From Paraspadella gotoi (taxonomy: Eukaryota > Animalia > Chaetognatha): a stretch of 64,000 bases of DNA. The position numbers were made by a program, and so were the translations under genes. Every line of letters starts with the position of its first letter. Within the stretch, counting starts at the first letter, position 1. The DNA lies in contig CM119269.1 of the NCBI GenBank assembly GCA_051294375.1, forward strand, positions 19,567,936 through 19,631,935, given 5' to 3'. This document shows positions 1 through 14,864 of the stretch, piece by piece. The notes beneath the pieces are model-generated. The model saw only the letters and a program-made list of their open reading frames with translations. It was not told where the DNA came from and did not search any database.

Positions 1-1195
1 CTTCGTCTGACCCCATCATCCTCTGCTTCGCCCCATTTCGATGGGCGCGCGCGCCATCATCGGGGTGCTCCGCAGATCATCTCTTACCCTCTCTGCGTCA
101 CCCGGATGCGATCCCGGGCGGTCTTTCCATCTCCATCACCCAATCCTGGCTGTGTCTTCCTCATCTCTCTCTCCACATGGCCTCTTGTGTCCCATCTCTC
201 GTCCATCATGCAGTCTTTCCACTCATCTCTTCCCATCTCTTCTCTTTCCATCTCTTCCCGCCTGCCCCGCGATTTATCTGTGAACTGAATCGCAGTCGTT
301 TTGAGCGGGATTTATGCTCGCCTGCGTTTGTATTCGTTCTCTTCCGGTGCAAGATACGATAAGCGCATGTCTCGCGCGGAGTTTGTAGCGCGTGACGCGT
401 TGGGCCGCGATATTCTCGGCCATTCTACAATTCACGGGCCAATATATTCGATCTCATTTCCTTCTCCTCTTTTGTTTGGTCGGCCGTCTCGGTTTCGATC
501 TTTATTTGTTCTTCTTGCAAGAAACGAAATTTTAGTTGTAATTTACAATACAAAATATGTCAGCATGCGTTTTGACAGGATGGAGAGCTCCCGGCGGCAG
601 TGTTGCTCTCTCCTCGTACATTACGGAGAATTATAACGATCAACAGCTGGAGGTTCCATTCTAGACTGTTGTGTTGGAAAAATAGTCTGATTCAATCCTA
701 TTTTTATCCGTATTTTTTACCAATTTCTTCTCTGATTGGCAGTTGAATTGGTATCCGGAAAGTATTTCTCAAAAAGTTTCCCTAATAACCAATTTTCCCG
801 TTTCAATTTGTCTAGCAAACTTTGAAAAAATTCCCCTCAAAACTCTTCGTCCGTCTTCTCTCTCTCTATCTCTCTTGTCCTCTCTCCCTCTCTCTCTCTC
901 TCTCTGTCTCTCTGCTCTCTTCCTCTGCTCTCTCTGCATCTCTCCTGCATCCGCGTCTCCGCTCCTCATCTTGGGGTCTAGTCAATTCGAAGTCGTTATC
1001 GAACGTTCTTCGGTTTTGTTGGTTTTCTCGATTTCTGTTTTGTGGCAGCGAAATGTGAGCAAATGTCACGAAGAAACAGCATAGCTTGTTTTTTTTTTTC
1101 CCCTTTTTGTTTTCTCTTTCTCTCTCTCTCTTCCTCTCTCTCTCTCCTCTCCTCTCTCTCTCTCTATCTTCTCCTCTCTCTCTCATTCGTCTTTC

Positions 1196-1231
<36 letters not shown>

Positions 1232-1814
1232 ACTCTCTCTCTCTCCTCTCGTCTTTCAGAAATGTTTCGACATGAAAAAGACTTTTAACAACCCTTCCAA
1301 AAATGGTTCATAAATTTTCATCCATTCTCAAAATTTCTCACGTTTAATTTAAATTTTTTCCTTTTACTCTCCATTTTCGTGATGGACGTTTTCACCGAAA
1401 ACGAATCAGTTTCCTTCAATAATTTCAGGAAAAAGAGAAGTGAAATAAGTTTTGATTTTCTTAAGACAGCAGAAAACCGGGGGCAATTACTTGGCGGTGG
1501 ACGTCCTGGACCAAATGGTATGAATTAAGTAAACGTAAAAGTTCGGAATTTTTCTTTCCGTAATCTTATGGACCAATGTTTTTTTTTGGAAGAAAAAAGT
1601 ATTTTTTATTTCTCATGTAGCTTTAACTGAGCCCCTCGCAAGATTTTGTGTAATTAAAAACAAATGAATAAGCAACTATTAAATCAGTATGAATTGTCGA
1701 GCTCTCTGGTTTACTCTCCTGGAGGAGGGATATTTGGGGTGGCAATTGTCGAAACGAAGTGAATTTAGCAGTTTTCCATTAATCAGATGAGCAGATTATT
1801 CTTATACATTAATT

Positions 1815-2020
1815 AGAGTCGGTTATGGCAACGGGGGAACATGTGGTGATGCCGGGTGTGAGGCATCTCCTGACAAAGCTGGACGCTCAGGGTTTGGAAC
1901 TCTGCAGTGACCGTGTTTTTGCCGCTCCAATCACACTTTAACCACAGCGTGAACCGTGGAGGGGATTGAAACCCGGAAAACTCCATGGTTAGTAAACGAA
2001 TCTGTGGCTGTCTTACTCTA
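1815..2020 (-). mobile_element. Possible degenerate SINE-like repeat
   Basis: GC-richer island in AT-rich DNA; the minus strand has a B-box-like CCGGGTTTCAATCCC near 1962-1976. No clear A box or TSD. Confidence 0.2.
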
Positions 2021-3744
2021 GTTTAAATCTGTTTTTTCATAACCAAAAAGAAAAAATTTAAAGTTTACTCCTCTTTTAAAACCCTTTTTTGGTCAAAAAT
2101 TCATGCCCCTTCTGATATTTAAGATCCGGATTCTCTCCCCTCCTCTCGGCACGGCGCTCCTACCTTCAGGGTCCAGTGCAATGGTTCTACGACGACGACG
2201 AACAACAAGACGACCCGTCCCGTGTTTTGATTTAGACCGCCTTTTTCCCCATCGACGCGTGAAAAAATTGTGTCGTCAACCAAAAAAAGGATTCAATTTT
2301 TACGAAAATGCGATCAGCACGCCTCGGCGTCCATCATCATCGGCAAAGGCCATGGTCGGACTCGAGCGTAGGCGGGGTTCTCCCCCTCTCTCTCGTCTCT
2401 CTCTCTCTCCGTCTCTCTCTCTCCTCCCTCTTGCTCTTCTCTCTCGTCTCTCTCTCTCTCGTCTATTTTCTCAGGTTTTCTCTTTCTTGGTTCTTTCTCT
2501 CCAGTGCAGAGTGAGCATGCGTGTCTCTGTCGTCTCTCTCGGGTATGTTGTTCCTGGAGGGCGAGGTCACAGGTTCCAGTGTGATCTCTCTATTACTCGT
2601 CTCTCATCTCTGCTCTTCTCTCTCTCCCGATCTTCTGCTGCTGCTCTGTGTCTCTCCTCTCTTCTCCTCCGTCTGGCGGTCTTTATCGCCTCTTTCCTCT
2701 CTCTTTCTTTCTCTCTCTCGTCTCGTCTCTCTCTCCCGTCTCCTATCGTCTCCTCTCTCTCTGCTCTCTGTCACTTCTCCTCATCTGTGGTCTCTCCTCT
2801 CCTCTCACCTCCTCCTCTTTCTTTCTTTCTTGACTTCGTGTTATCTAAAAAAAACGGAAAAATTTGAAATTGTAAATAACCTCTGAACGCTAAAGAAGAA
2901 GGAAATAAAATTTTAAGACCGACCATACTTGTTCCTTTGGCTATTATTGATGTTGCTAGAATACAATGTATGCTCTCTCTCTCGTCTCTCTCTCTCTCTC
3001 GCATCGGGAGTCACCGTCTCGTCTCCGAGTCTCGTCTCTCTCCTCTCTCTCTTCTCCTCTCTCTCTCCTCTGAATAGACCCCTGGTTGCGCGGATTGCCG
3101 CAATTTAAAAAATTTCCTCGTCTCCGCCCTTTTTATTTCCCACACACGCGGACGGCGGACGCGGGGGTCGTGGGCGCGGGATAGAACCCCCCTCCCACAG
3201 CCACCACCGCTCTCTCACCCCTTTCTATCTCTCTTCTCTCTCCGCTCCCTCCTCCACAGTCTCGTTCCCCCTCTCGCTCTCTCTCGCCTCGCGCGTCATA
3301 TTCGCCCGGTCCGTTTTCCTGCCTCGAATTGATTAGTGGGACCTCCTTTTTCGCAACATAAAAAGCTCATATGCTGTCGCCTAACGAACGACCCCTGCCG
3401 ACGACGAACGACGAACGGATACGAATGAACGGCGAGACGACGACAGCGACAACAACGACGACGACGTCCGCGTCGCGCGCAGAACGTCCTTGACATCGTC
3501 GTCGAGTCATCGTCATTAGGATTCCTCCTTGGAATAAAGAAATTAAAAGAAAAGAAATAAAAAAAAAAAAAAACCAGAATCGAAAAAAAAGAAGAAAGAA
3601 AGCGAGTACCGGGAAATTGAGCGTCAAAGAAGACGGAGGAAGGACGGAGAAAGGAGGCGGGGCTCCGTACCTGACGAACGACGACGACGAAGACGAACGA
3701 GAACGAACAAAACGAACTTTCGGCTACAGGACATCGACGTCCGC

Positions 3745-4213
3745 CTAGCAACGAAAAAAACGATCGTCCTTCAAAAAATCAATATAAGACGTCGCACTCT
3801 GTATCTCAGGAATGTGGGAACCGCAAAGATCCCTGAATCTCCGGTTCCGAACTGCGAACTTTCCGAATTCGGAAAAAAAAACAATCTTTGCGTTAAGCGT
3901 CGAAGATTCGAATTTCAGAATGAAGGGACGAAAATTTCTAAAAGCGACGATTTCGCCTTCGTCCGCGACGTACTCCTTCACGACGAACCACCCAATTTCC
4001 CCGATTGCCAGCGCCGAGCCCATCGCCACATCGTCGACCAGCCCAGACAACCTATCCTTCTCCCTCCTCATTTTCATGTCCCGATCAAATTCCGCAGAAC
4101 TATAAGCCGAAAAAGAGACGACGAATCTGCGGTCGCTCTCTTTCGCCTCACCTTCGGCCGTCGCCAACGGAGGCGGAAGGGGACACCGTGAGGCGGCGGC
4201 GAAGAATGACGGC
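3745..4213. CDS. Probable coding exon, strand and frame ambiguous, unknown product
   Basis: Non-repetitive segment with three overlapping open frames (minus 3745-4167, extendable to the gap; plus 3814-4191; plus 3812-4105). Plus-strand acceptor-like tgtatctcag near 3800-3809. No domain recognised. Confidence 0.3.
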
Positions 4214-4883
4214 NNNNNNNNNNNNNNNNNNNNNNNNNATGGGAGAGATGGGAAGAGAGGATGGGAGAGATGGGAAGAGATGATGGGAGAGATGGGAAGA
4301 GAGGATGGGAGAAATGGGAAGAGATGTCAAAAGAAAGTCAAAAATGGGGAAAACGGAAAATCAGAAATTGGGAAAGACGAAGGAAATGGAGGAATAGAAA
4401 ATCAGAAATAAGGAAAGACGAAGGAAATGGAGGAATAGAAAAGAGGAAATAGGGAAGAGCTCAAAACGGGACTGAAGGAAAAGAGAGAAAGAATCAGAAG
4501 GAAACAGAAGCCCTGGGACAAAGAGAGAAACCGCTTGGTCTGCTGACGACGAAGGAGAGGGAGAGATCGAGAGAAAGGGAACGAGAGGGAGGAAGAGAAG
4601 AGAGAGAGGAGAGAGAGAGAGAGAGAGAAGAGATGAGAAGGAGAGAAGAGAGAGATGAGAGAAAGGCGGAAATGCTTCTTGAACCTCCGTTAAGTGTCGT
4701 GTTATCAGCGACGCTTTATCAATTAGTCTAATGGGCGTCGACGCTGGGGACGACTGACGACGACGGTGGACGACGACGGACTAGTTGACGACGTGACGGA
4801 GCGTTGACGACGAGACGAGACGATGACGACGAATGACGACGAGGAAACCGTTTTCAGGAGAAATCGGACCAAAAAGTTTCAGA

Positions 4884-4962
<79 letters not shown>

Positions 4963-6789
4963 ACGAGAGAGCAGAAGGATAGGCTCAATGAATATGGAAA
5001 TATCTTCTTTCTTTTTTCCTCCTGTTCTNNNNNNNNNNNNNNNNNNNNNNNNNAAAAAAAAAAAAACTCGAAAAGTCTCAGCGAAGAAGAAAAGAAAGCG
5101 AGACTGAGTCAGACGCAGAGGGAAAAGAAAAGGAGAGAGGAAAAAGGAAGTATCGGGGAAAAGGTGAGACAGATAGAGACAGAGATACGAGGAGATGAAA
5201 GCAATAAAGATGGAGACGGAGAAGAAGCAAAAGTGAAAGATAAGAGGAGAACTTGTTAAATATAATGAATTTAACTAAACGAAGATAGAAACAGCAATAA
5301 ATATGAAGAATTTGAAATCTCTCTTGATCTTATTATATATTATTATTTCCTAGATTTCCTGGAAACATTTAACTTCGAATGTACAATGTACAATGCTACA
5401 ATCCGAAAAGCTTCACCATGGACCGACCGAAAAAAAAGGTGTTAAAGTGTAGCTGAGACGCACGAAAATGGAATCTGGAGAATTTCGACGAAATCGAAGA
5501 AGCGGAACGTAGATCTGGAGAAGCGAGAAAGAAAAAAATAATAGAAAAAAAAAGAAAAAAGGATAGAAAAAAGGATATAATGGGATGAAGTGAAATAAAA
5601 ATCGTAAAAGAGAGAAAATGACGAAAAGAGGTAGAGTTTAACAAAGATTGACAAATGAAGGACAGAAAAGGGGGAAAAATGATTACGAGAACAGATGGTA
5701 ATATAGTACATGATATACGATGTGTAAATCGTAAAAAAGAAAAAAAAACACGAGTTGGAGGTGAAAAAGTTGATGGGGATAAAAAAAATTAGTATTAAAA
5801 AAAAGGAGAAGAAGTGAAAGGAAATCTTTGAAAAGCGCTCATACATGTAAATGTTCTCGATGCCTCGGAGTCGAATCGCGTAAATGAATCCCGAGATTTT
5901 CTCTCAGAAAACTCGAATTTTCCTTTTCTCTTTCCGAATAAATTTTAATGGGATGAAAGGGATTCGAAAAATAGAGGAAAGGAGGAAAAAAATTGAAAAA
6001 AAAAGGGGGAAAAAAAGGGAAAAAAAAGAAGGAGAAAGAAATGGTGGAAGATAATGGGATTTAAGGAGAATTGGAAGAAGTTGAATGCGATGACGATGAT
6101 GACGACGGAAAATACGATGACGATGAGGCAGTTTACGATTCTGCTGATAATGTAGATGGCGACGACTTGGATCAACACGCGACGATAAGTTTGACTACAT
6201 TTTCCACCAAAATGTCAAATTTGTTGAAAAGAGAAACGATAGCAACGTCGATGATTATCATTGAGAGTTTTTAGATAGCTATAAAACTGTATTTAATCTC
6301 AGCCTATTTGATTTAAATTCGAATACATAGTCGTAACAATTATAAATCGACATAAGGTGATAATAAATTTCACGACGTTTAATTATAGACACGGCGAAAA
6401 AAAATTGGTGCCGCAATTTAATTTTTCCTCGAGATTTAATTTTTTTTTTTTTTTTTTATGATACGATCTCCGTTTTTCGACGGTTTTATTAATTGTCCTA
6501 TTAGAGCAAAAGCACAAAACATACTTTCCATCTTTTTCCATTCCATTACTTTTTAAAATTTTACATTTCCGTTTGGAATTCTGATTTTATGGCCTCGTTA
6601 TTTCTGAAATTAAAACAATAAAGAAAGATTTATTCAATAAAAAAAAAATTTGGATCTGGATTTTTAAAAAGAATTACCCCTTCAAAGATTTGGGGGCATT
6701 AACCCTGATTTCTTTTTTTTTTTTTTTTTTTTTTGCCGTTTTAGTCGAAGGTTCGTGCGAAGAAATTTCTTTTCTGTTTTGCTTCTCTT

Positions 6790-7125
6790 TTTATTTCTTC
6801 ATTTTATTTCTCGTTTTCTTTGTTTTTCTTTTCATTTCTTCATTTCTTCTCTTTTTCTGTTTTTCTTTTCTTTTAATTTCTCCATTTTATTTCGTTTTCT
6901 TTGTTTTTCTTTTCATTACTTTATTTTTTATCTTTTTTATGTTTTTTTTTTTCATTTTCTTTTTTTCTCTTTTTTCTGTTTTTCTTTTCTTTTCATTTCT
7001 TCATTTTATTTCGTTTTCTCTGTTTTTATTTTCATTTCTTCGTTTTTCTGTTTTTTCTCTTTTTCTTTTCATTTCTTCATTTTTTCTCTTTTTTCTGTTT
7101 TTCTTTTCATTTTATTTTGTTCTCT
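6790..7125. repeat. T-rich minisatellite, ~40-bp degenerate unit
   Basis: Recurrent cattttatttcgttttct and ttttcatttcttcat blocks. Confidence 0.7.
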
Positions 7126-7805
7126 TCTTTCGATTTCTCTTCCCTTCATTTTCCTTAGGCCTCGTGACACGTAAGGAAAATAATGAAATTCTTAAGGCTC
7201 CGTCTGAAAAAGTAAGTTGAGGTAAGTAACTCTCTCTTTCTCTCTCTTTTTTCTCTCTATCTCTCCTTTTCTCTCTAACTTTAGATTCGATTTCCAATAT
7301 TATCTCTTTCCTCCTTCCCTTCCTTTACTTTTCTATACTTGCTTTAATGACTCATTCTTTTTATGTTTCATTAGTTTCTTGCCCCTATAAACGTGACATG
7401 TTTTATTTGTATTCATATTTGCGTTTCATGTCCAATCTCATTCTAAATCTTTATTTTTTTTCTTCTTTCCTTTCCTTTTCGTTCGAGTCGCGATATTTCT
7501 GTCTTTTCTTCCTTTTACTGTTTCTCTTTCTGCCTCAGCTATCCTTTCCTCTTAATTCTTATCTTTTCTCTCACATCCTCTCTTCTCAGTCTTGTTCTTG
7601 ATGAGGTGCAGTTTAGAGACGCGAATTTCGTTTCTCCGTCACGTGATCGGTCGAGGAAGATGAGAGGGAAGAGAAGCAAAAAAAAAGAGAGGAAAAAGCG
7701 GAAAAAACGAATAAAAGGGAAAGAAAGAAAAGAGAGAGGAGAAAAAAAGGAGGAAAGAACGAGAGAGGAAGAGAGAAAAAGAGGTAGAAAAAGAACGAAT
7801 GCTGC

Positions 7806-7895
<90 letters not shown>

Positions 7896-8348
7896 AAAGG
7901 ATATTCAGGTATGCGAGGACGCTGAGGGGAAAAAAAGAAAGCCTTAAAAACACGAAAACGCATAGACTATAATGTTGCTTCATCGTCCCTCCCACTTCTC
8001 TTTTTTTCTTTTTCTCTTTCTACATATCTTTCTCTACAGTTGGCAGTTTAGTATTTCAAGGACTATTTTAATAAATAAATATAAATATCTCATAAATCCG
8101 AGTTCTAAAAGGAAATGTTACCTTGGTTTTTTCGGATGAAAAAACAAAACCAATTTTATATTCAAGTTTCAACTAGAATAAGTTCAAATATCCATCTATT
8201 ATGACTTTGAAAGGAATCGTAAAATTCACTGGGCTTAGCCTTTACCTCCATATTTTCGGATTCTATCTGGATTGCTTTCTTTCCTGGGCGTTTAACACAT
8301 GTTCATTCTCCATATAGTGCCTCTATTCTTTCTTCCCTGATTATATGC

Positions 8349-8393
<45 letters not shown>

Positions 8394-8496
8394 CTACCTT
8401 TCTTTCTCTTTTTCTCTGCCATGCACAAAGCAGAGGCTGAATTGAATTTTAATTAATAGATCCATTGGGAGAAATTTTTTTCTCATTTCCCGCGCA

Positions 8497-8615
8497 TCTC
8501 TGCGTGCGATTTAGTCTCTGCGTGGGTCCTAGTATCTGCGTGCGTTTTTGTCTCCGCGTGCGTCTTAGTCTCTGCGTGCCTTTTAGTGTCCTTTTAGTCT
8601 CTACGTCTCTGCGTC
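8497..8615. repeat. ~18-bp minisatellite (tctgcgtgcgtcttagtc)
   Basis: About 5-6 degenerate tandem copies are directly visible. Confidence 0.8.
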
Positions 8616-9410
8616 TCTTTTATTTTGTCACTAGTTCGGGTTCGAAATAAAGAGCGAGAGAAAAAAACAAAAATTTTCGCCGATAAAACAAACGCCGATA
8701 ATTATCGCGTTTAGCGGCATTTTTTTTTGGTGATGATAAAACTTTTATATATCTTTTTCGTCGCAAGCTTTTTACGAATTTGCTTGTTAAATCCAAGTTA
8801 ACGAAAGACTACGTTTGATGTGTCGCTTTAATTCTTACTAATCACGAAAAAAAAAAGATTAAATCGATACTCGTTTTAAAACAACCACAAGAGGGATTAA
8901 AAAGAAAACCAGTTTGATGGTAGAAAAGCAGAGAGAGAGATACGAGAGAGACGGACCAGCACGGAAGGAGAGAATACGCGGGAAGCAGGAGCGACGAGAG
9001 AGAGAGAAAGAGACAGACGATGGGAAAAAGAAGATGAGAGAAAGAGAACGAATGAGCCGATGCGAATTTGACCACGTTTTTGGCTTTTATTACCTTGTGT
9101 CTGCATCTGACCTGAAAAACGAGAAAAATCGAAGAACTGAGTCCAAATGGAAAAAATTGGAATTGAAAAAAAAAAAACATAGAAATGGAAAAGTGTCAAA
9201 ATGGAAATAGATTGAAAAGGATAGGTTGTGAAAAGTAATAAAAAGCAACTAGAGAAATATTTCGCGCAAGGAATGAAAATTGTCAAAATTAAACGTAATG
9301 ATGGAAAAGGTATGTAAAAGTAAAAAAATTTTATCTAAAGAAAAGAAGTCAATTTTTGTAGTTATTCGCGTGAATCATTGCGTATTAATCACGAAAGAAT
9401 CCGGAAACCA

Positions 9411-9508
<98 letters not shown>

Positions 9509-9596
9509 CAAGCTCGGCAGAGAGCGATCACTTTGGAAGATGGATGTTCGGTTGGTTCGGTGTTCGGGAACGAGAGCGCACCTTCTCTTTTTGGAG

Positions 9597-9687
9597 CTGT
9601 GATAGAACTGTGATAGAACTGTGATGGAACTTGGATAGAACTGTGATAAATGGCGATGGAACTGCAATGGCACTACGATGGAACTGT
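9597..9687. repeat. 11-bp minisatellite (gatagaactgt)
   Basis: Tandem gatRgaactgt copies that decay toward the 3' end. Confidence 0.85.
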
Positions 9688-11431
9688 TTTGAAATTTCGA
9701 GCTGCGACTATACGTAGCGGTGTTCGAATATGACGAGACTGCAATTGGTGAGATAATTAAATTAATTCGGGTAGGGCTTTATTAAGAAACAAAAATTACT
9801 AAATATCCACTTCGAAATAAAGAAAAAAACTAATTGAATAATAAAATTTTCTCATTAATGTTCACGTTTGCGTCGCTTCGTAATTATCTAGTTTATTAAG
9901 TCCTAACTAATTAGTTACAATTAAATCGGCTTCCCCCTTTTCACTCGGTCCGTTGACCAAAAATCCAGGTCAGAAATGGATTCCCTCCTCATAAATTCGG
10001 TCTCGGTTTCGACGGCTTAAGGGGATTGTCAATCGTGGCTTCGGAATGACGTTCTTTTTAATCGTTTTAGAATAATTTACTCAGTTCGAAGTATAAACTA
10101 AAAACGTTTAAATTCCGTTGTGAAACCCGTTGTTACTATCATTGCATTATTCATTTCTGATTTATTTTCATGTTGATAGGAATAGCCGATTAATTATTTT
10201 TTTATCAATATATCTATTTACCTGTAATCAGTTTTCAATCAATTTTCTCCGACGGAAAAAAATTTGAAATTTGAAATTTGAAATATACTTTAAAAAATAT
10301 ATTTTAAATATTTTTTGCATCACTTTATTGACTATTAGGTAGTAAATACTTAAAATAAATTTTACGAAAAGCAACATTCCGTCGACTCTTCTCGAGAGAA
10401 CAACGTCAACTATACCAAAATGTTGAGCACAACAACAACAACAACTTTTAACTCAATCACCCTTCGAAATATTCGTGACCTTAAATCGTTGAGATGAAAC
10501 GAAGACAAAAATTAGTTATTCATTTTTTTTTTTTTTGCATCTGGATGTTCAAGTCTTTCAGTTTTCGGCCCCTTTGGCGTTTTGGCCCTCGTACGATTTA
10601 TCCCCTTGAATTTTTCGGCACAATGAGAGTTTAACCTCTTAAAATATGGACTTGTACTTTCCACGTAAAAAACCGGGGACTTTTTTATGATTAGGCTACT
10701 TTATTCTTTGCTTTAGCTTCCCCGAGTATTAATCTTCATTTTCGGCTAAATCAAGTTTATCCACTGGATAAACATTTAGTCTTTGCCTCTGATCCGGAAA
10801 GAAAATCCATTGAAGTCGCTAACAAGTGAACGAGGGATTCCGCTCAACCTCAGCAAAAAGGAAAAAAGGCTACAAGTACAGAAATGTTTAGAGCTTCTTC
10901 TCCGCGTATAACAAGCGTCACATTATAGACGAACACCTTAAGTTACGCAGCAGAGCGGGACAATCGTATTGCAAACGAATTCCGAACCTCAACAGTAAAA
11001 ACTGCCGAGCATAAAGAAAGTAGTTCTTGGCGGCTGGGCGCCAAAAAATGTATTCAACTTCTTGAAATGGTGACATTACAGCGAGACGTGTCTATCCGAA
11101 ACGAAAGCGAACGTACAGTGGAACACGTGCGTCATTTTCATACTTTTTTTTATTCGTCCTGAAAAAAAAAAGTCCATTTTTATTTCGACGAAACGAAGAA
11201 ACAGGAAAATAAAAGAGAGAGAAAATGCAGGAGAAAAGAAAGAAGGAAAAAGAAAGAAACACAGAAGGGATAAAAGGAAGAGAAAATGGGGAAATTTCTT
11301 TGCCATGAAACCTATTATGGAGCAGAGAGAGAGAGAGAGAGAGAGAGAGAATTTCGGTTTTTTCCTATTCGTTTTTCCTCCGAAATCCAGTGTGGATGAA
11401 TTTAAAAGGAAAAACACGAAAGTTCTCTCTT

Positions 11432-11472
<41 letters not shown>

Positions 11473-11473
11473 G

Positions 11474-12076
11474 GAAAAAATTGGCTTACCTAAAAAGGTT
11501 GTTCTCTGAAACGGGAGTGCAAGCGACGTCGGGCGTGCGTCTCGACAACCGACGGCTTTTCCTTCGTTTGACACCCGGCCCGAGAAGGGAGTTGTGGTGG
11601 GAGGGAATGAGGTTGTGGTGAAAAAAAAAAGGCTTAAATTGCGCAAAGGATTTGGTTAATGTGGTGAAAAAAGGTACAAATGGAAAAAGAGATGGGATCA
11701 TGGAAGTGAATTTTAATGGTACCGAGTTGAAGATACATTGACCGCTGAAAAATGCTCGATGTCGTTGCAACATTAAAAGTTTTTACTGTGAGGACGATTG
11801 GGGCAAAAATGAATGGTAAATGATTGGGGTCGGGGTTTTCCGGGAGAGACTTTGAAACCAATCGGCGACGACAGGATTTTGACGGCCTCATCGGTTTTAA
11901 GCTGGATTTTAGGTTTTACGGAGAAAGGATTTCCTTTGAGTGATAAAAGGAAGGGTTATATTCAGTTCAAGCTTAGTTTGGAAAAGGGTCTTAACCCTAT
12001 CTTTGCAGGGAATTCATCCGGTGATGCAATCCTTCTTTCCAACCCTAATTCGTTCATTTATAGATTATTTCAATGA
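11474..12076. CDS. Probable coding exon, strand ambiguous, frameshifted
   Basis: Complex sequence between microsatellites. On plus, the acceptor ctctcag at ~11473 is followed by KKLAYLKRLFSETG..., and ORF 11813-12076 ends ...PIFAGNSSGDAILL. On minus there is a strong donor AG|GTAAGC near 11489. Confidence 0.3.
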
Positions 12077-12521
12077 TTTATAAATTTATTATTTATTCGT
12101 TCGTTCATTTATTCATTCATTCATTAATTCATCATTTCATTCATCAATTTATTCATCGAGTTTACTTCATTCCATTTGTATTTTATGTATATATTAACTC
12201 AGTCCTTCATGCCGTCGTTCACCTCCTGCATGAGAGCAATTCATGTGCTGATCAAACCTAATTCATTCGGCAGCCATTCATTCACACGGTTACTCAAGAC
12301 CAATACAACGTTACGCGGAATCTTTATCCAGGTCAAAACCCATTTGAAGCACAGAGAGCGAGAGAAAGAGAGAGAGAGACAGAGAGTGACAGAGAGAGAC
12401 AGAGAGAGGCATATAGAGAAAGAGAGACAGAGCTAGAGAGAGAGACAAACACCATCAAACTTTCAGTCAAAGAATTGAGAATGCAGAGGCTTCTAATTCC
12501 TCTGTCACAGATAGAAAAGAA

Positions 12522-12565
<44 letters not shown>

Positions 12566-13018
12566 ATGCTAAAAAAAAGATAAAATATTCATGAGGTTGG
12601 AGAGAAAAAGGAATGAAGGCTCTCGGGGTCCGGGAGAGAGGATCCGATAAAAACCCAGTTAACGATTCAAACGGTAACTTCTTTTATCAGTTTTTATCAG
12701 TTCTTTTTATCAGCTTTACGAGTTCTTTCTAGAATTTTTTTTGTATATAATTAAAATTTTTTTTTGTGAGAAATAATAACATTCCAAAAAGTATCGTTTG
12801 AAAAATTGAAAATAAGTGAAAAGGACTAGCTAATATATAAGCTTCTAAATTTGATAGTCTCAAACTTATTTTTTTTTGGATATGAAATCAGATAAATATT
12901 ATCCCGAAGATAATTTGTCTTTCAAGAAATATTTTTGTTCAGCGATTTCTGCGATTCCCTGCTGCATGTTTTCTCTTATTTCAACTGTAATTAAGTTAGT
13001 TTCTCTCTCTCTCTCATA

Positions 13019-13050
<32 letters not shown>

Positions 13051-13362
13051 CTTCTCTTCTCTCTCTCTCTCTCATCATCCGCTCTCTCNNNNNNNNNNNN
13101 NNNNNNNNNNNNNNNNNNNNNNNNNNNNNNNNNNNNNNNNNNNNNNNNNNNNNNNNNNNNNNNNNNNNNNNNNNNNNNATCGTAGTTACCTTAGCTTAGC
13201 AATTTGTTTTCAATTTATAGAATTTCAATTCTGAAAGCCAAATATTAACCCACTTTGACATTCTATATTCCAGTTAAAAAGCGCCTCGCCGGATCGTGCA
13301 GTTCTTCACCCAACATACATCCTTTCACACTTCAATCCCTGCCACGTGCGCATTCGTTGGAG

Positions 13363-13393
<31 letters not shown>

Positions 13394-14075
13394 NNNNNNN
13401 NNNNNNNNNNNNNNNNNNNNNNNNNNNNNNNNNNNNNNNNNNNNNNNNNNNNNNNNNNNNNNNNNNNNNNNNNNNNNNNNNNNNNNNNNNNNNNNNNNNN
13501 NNNNNNNNNNNNNNNNNNNNNNNNNNNNNNNNNNNNNNNNNNNNAAAAAAGAGCAGATGTTTTTGGACTTGCAATTAAATTTGTTTTAAATTAATTTAAA
13601 AATGTATTCTACGTAGTAGCAACTGAGGCAGCCCTTCATCATCATCTTCGTCGTCATCATCATCTTCGTCGTCATCATCATCTTCGTCGTCATCATCATC
13701 TTCGTCGTCATCGTCGTCATCATCGTCAACGTCCTTGTTCTCGTCGTTAAATGTCATTAAAAATTTGGCCAAAATCGGATTTGAGTCGCTTAATTTTCCC
13801 ACTGTAATAAAGCTTAATTGATTTCTTTTAATTTCAAAATGTCATTACCGAAATTCAATTACGCCAAATAAAGAAAAGGAAGAGGAAGGCGAAAAAGTTA
13901 TTACATAATTTAAATCAGACGGCATCCTGAGTTAAAAATATATTTAGAAATCGTGAATTTAATCTTAAGAAATAAAGTAGTTTCAAAAAAATGGGTGCCA
14001 CATGGAGAAATTTAAAGAGAGTAAATAGGATAGTGATGGAGAATAAATAAGAGAAGAGGAGAAGAATGAGAGTGG

Positions 14076-14113
<38 letters not shown>

Positions 14114-14807
14114 NNNNNNNNNNNNNNNNNNNNNNNNNNNNNNNNNNNNNNNNNNNNNNNNNNNNNNNNNNNNNNNNNNNNNNNNNNNNNNNNNNNNNNN
14201 NNNNNNNNNNNNNNNNNNNNNNNNNNNNNNNNNNNNNNNNNNNNNNNNNNNNNNNNNNNNNNNNNNNNNNNNNNNNNNNNNNNNNNNNNNNNNNNNNNNN
14301 NNNNNNNNNNNNNNNNNNNNNNNNNNNNNNNNNNNNNNNNNNNTTGAGAGAGAAAAAGGGAGAGAGAGAGAAAGGATAATTTTTTTCAGCATTTTGAGCA
14401 AAAAAGAAAATATATCCAAACGGCCAGCGATAAATGGTCACAGAAGAAGGCTAAATGATGACTACCAAAAATATTTAAAAAATTTAAAAATAAAATCGAA
14501 TAATTAAAAAGAAACGTGTATTTATTAAAGAACGTTTAAAACTCTTTCATGCTTAAAAATGAGAAATAACAATTAAAAAAAAAACAAAATCTAATTAACG
14601 TCCGACAGTAAAAATCCCTTTAAAAATTGGAATCAAGTTTCATCGGTCGGAATTACGTTTGCGTTATAAAATATTTCAATTGACTGATGAAAAACAAAAT
14701 AAAAGGAAATAAAAGGAAATAAAAATGAACGAGAAGCCGAACTCCACTTCTGCTTCTCCGGGAAATGAACGAGGCCGGAATGACAATGAATTGACTCGAA
14801 TTTCGTT

Positions 14808-14864
<57 letters not shown>

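Noticed and set aside
5479-5520. NFDEI orcokinin-like pentapeptide
   Set aside because: Single occurrence, with no flanking dibasic site, signal peptide or exon context; probably chance.
6071-6274. Acidic ORF with D runs
   Set aside because: Degenerate GAT/GAC trinucleotide repeat without splice support.
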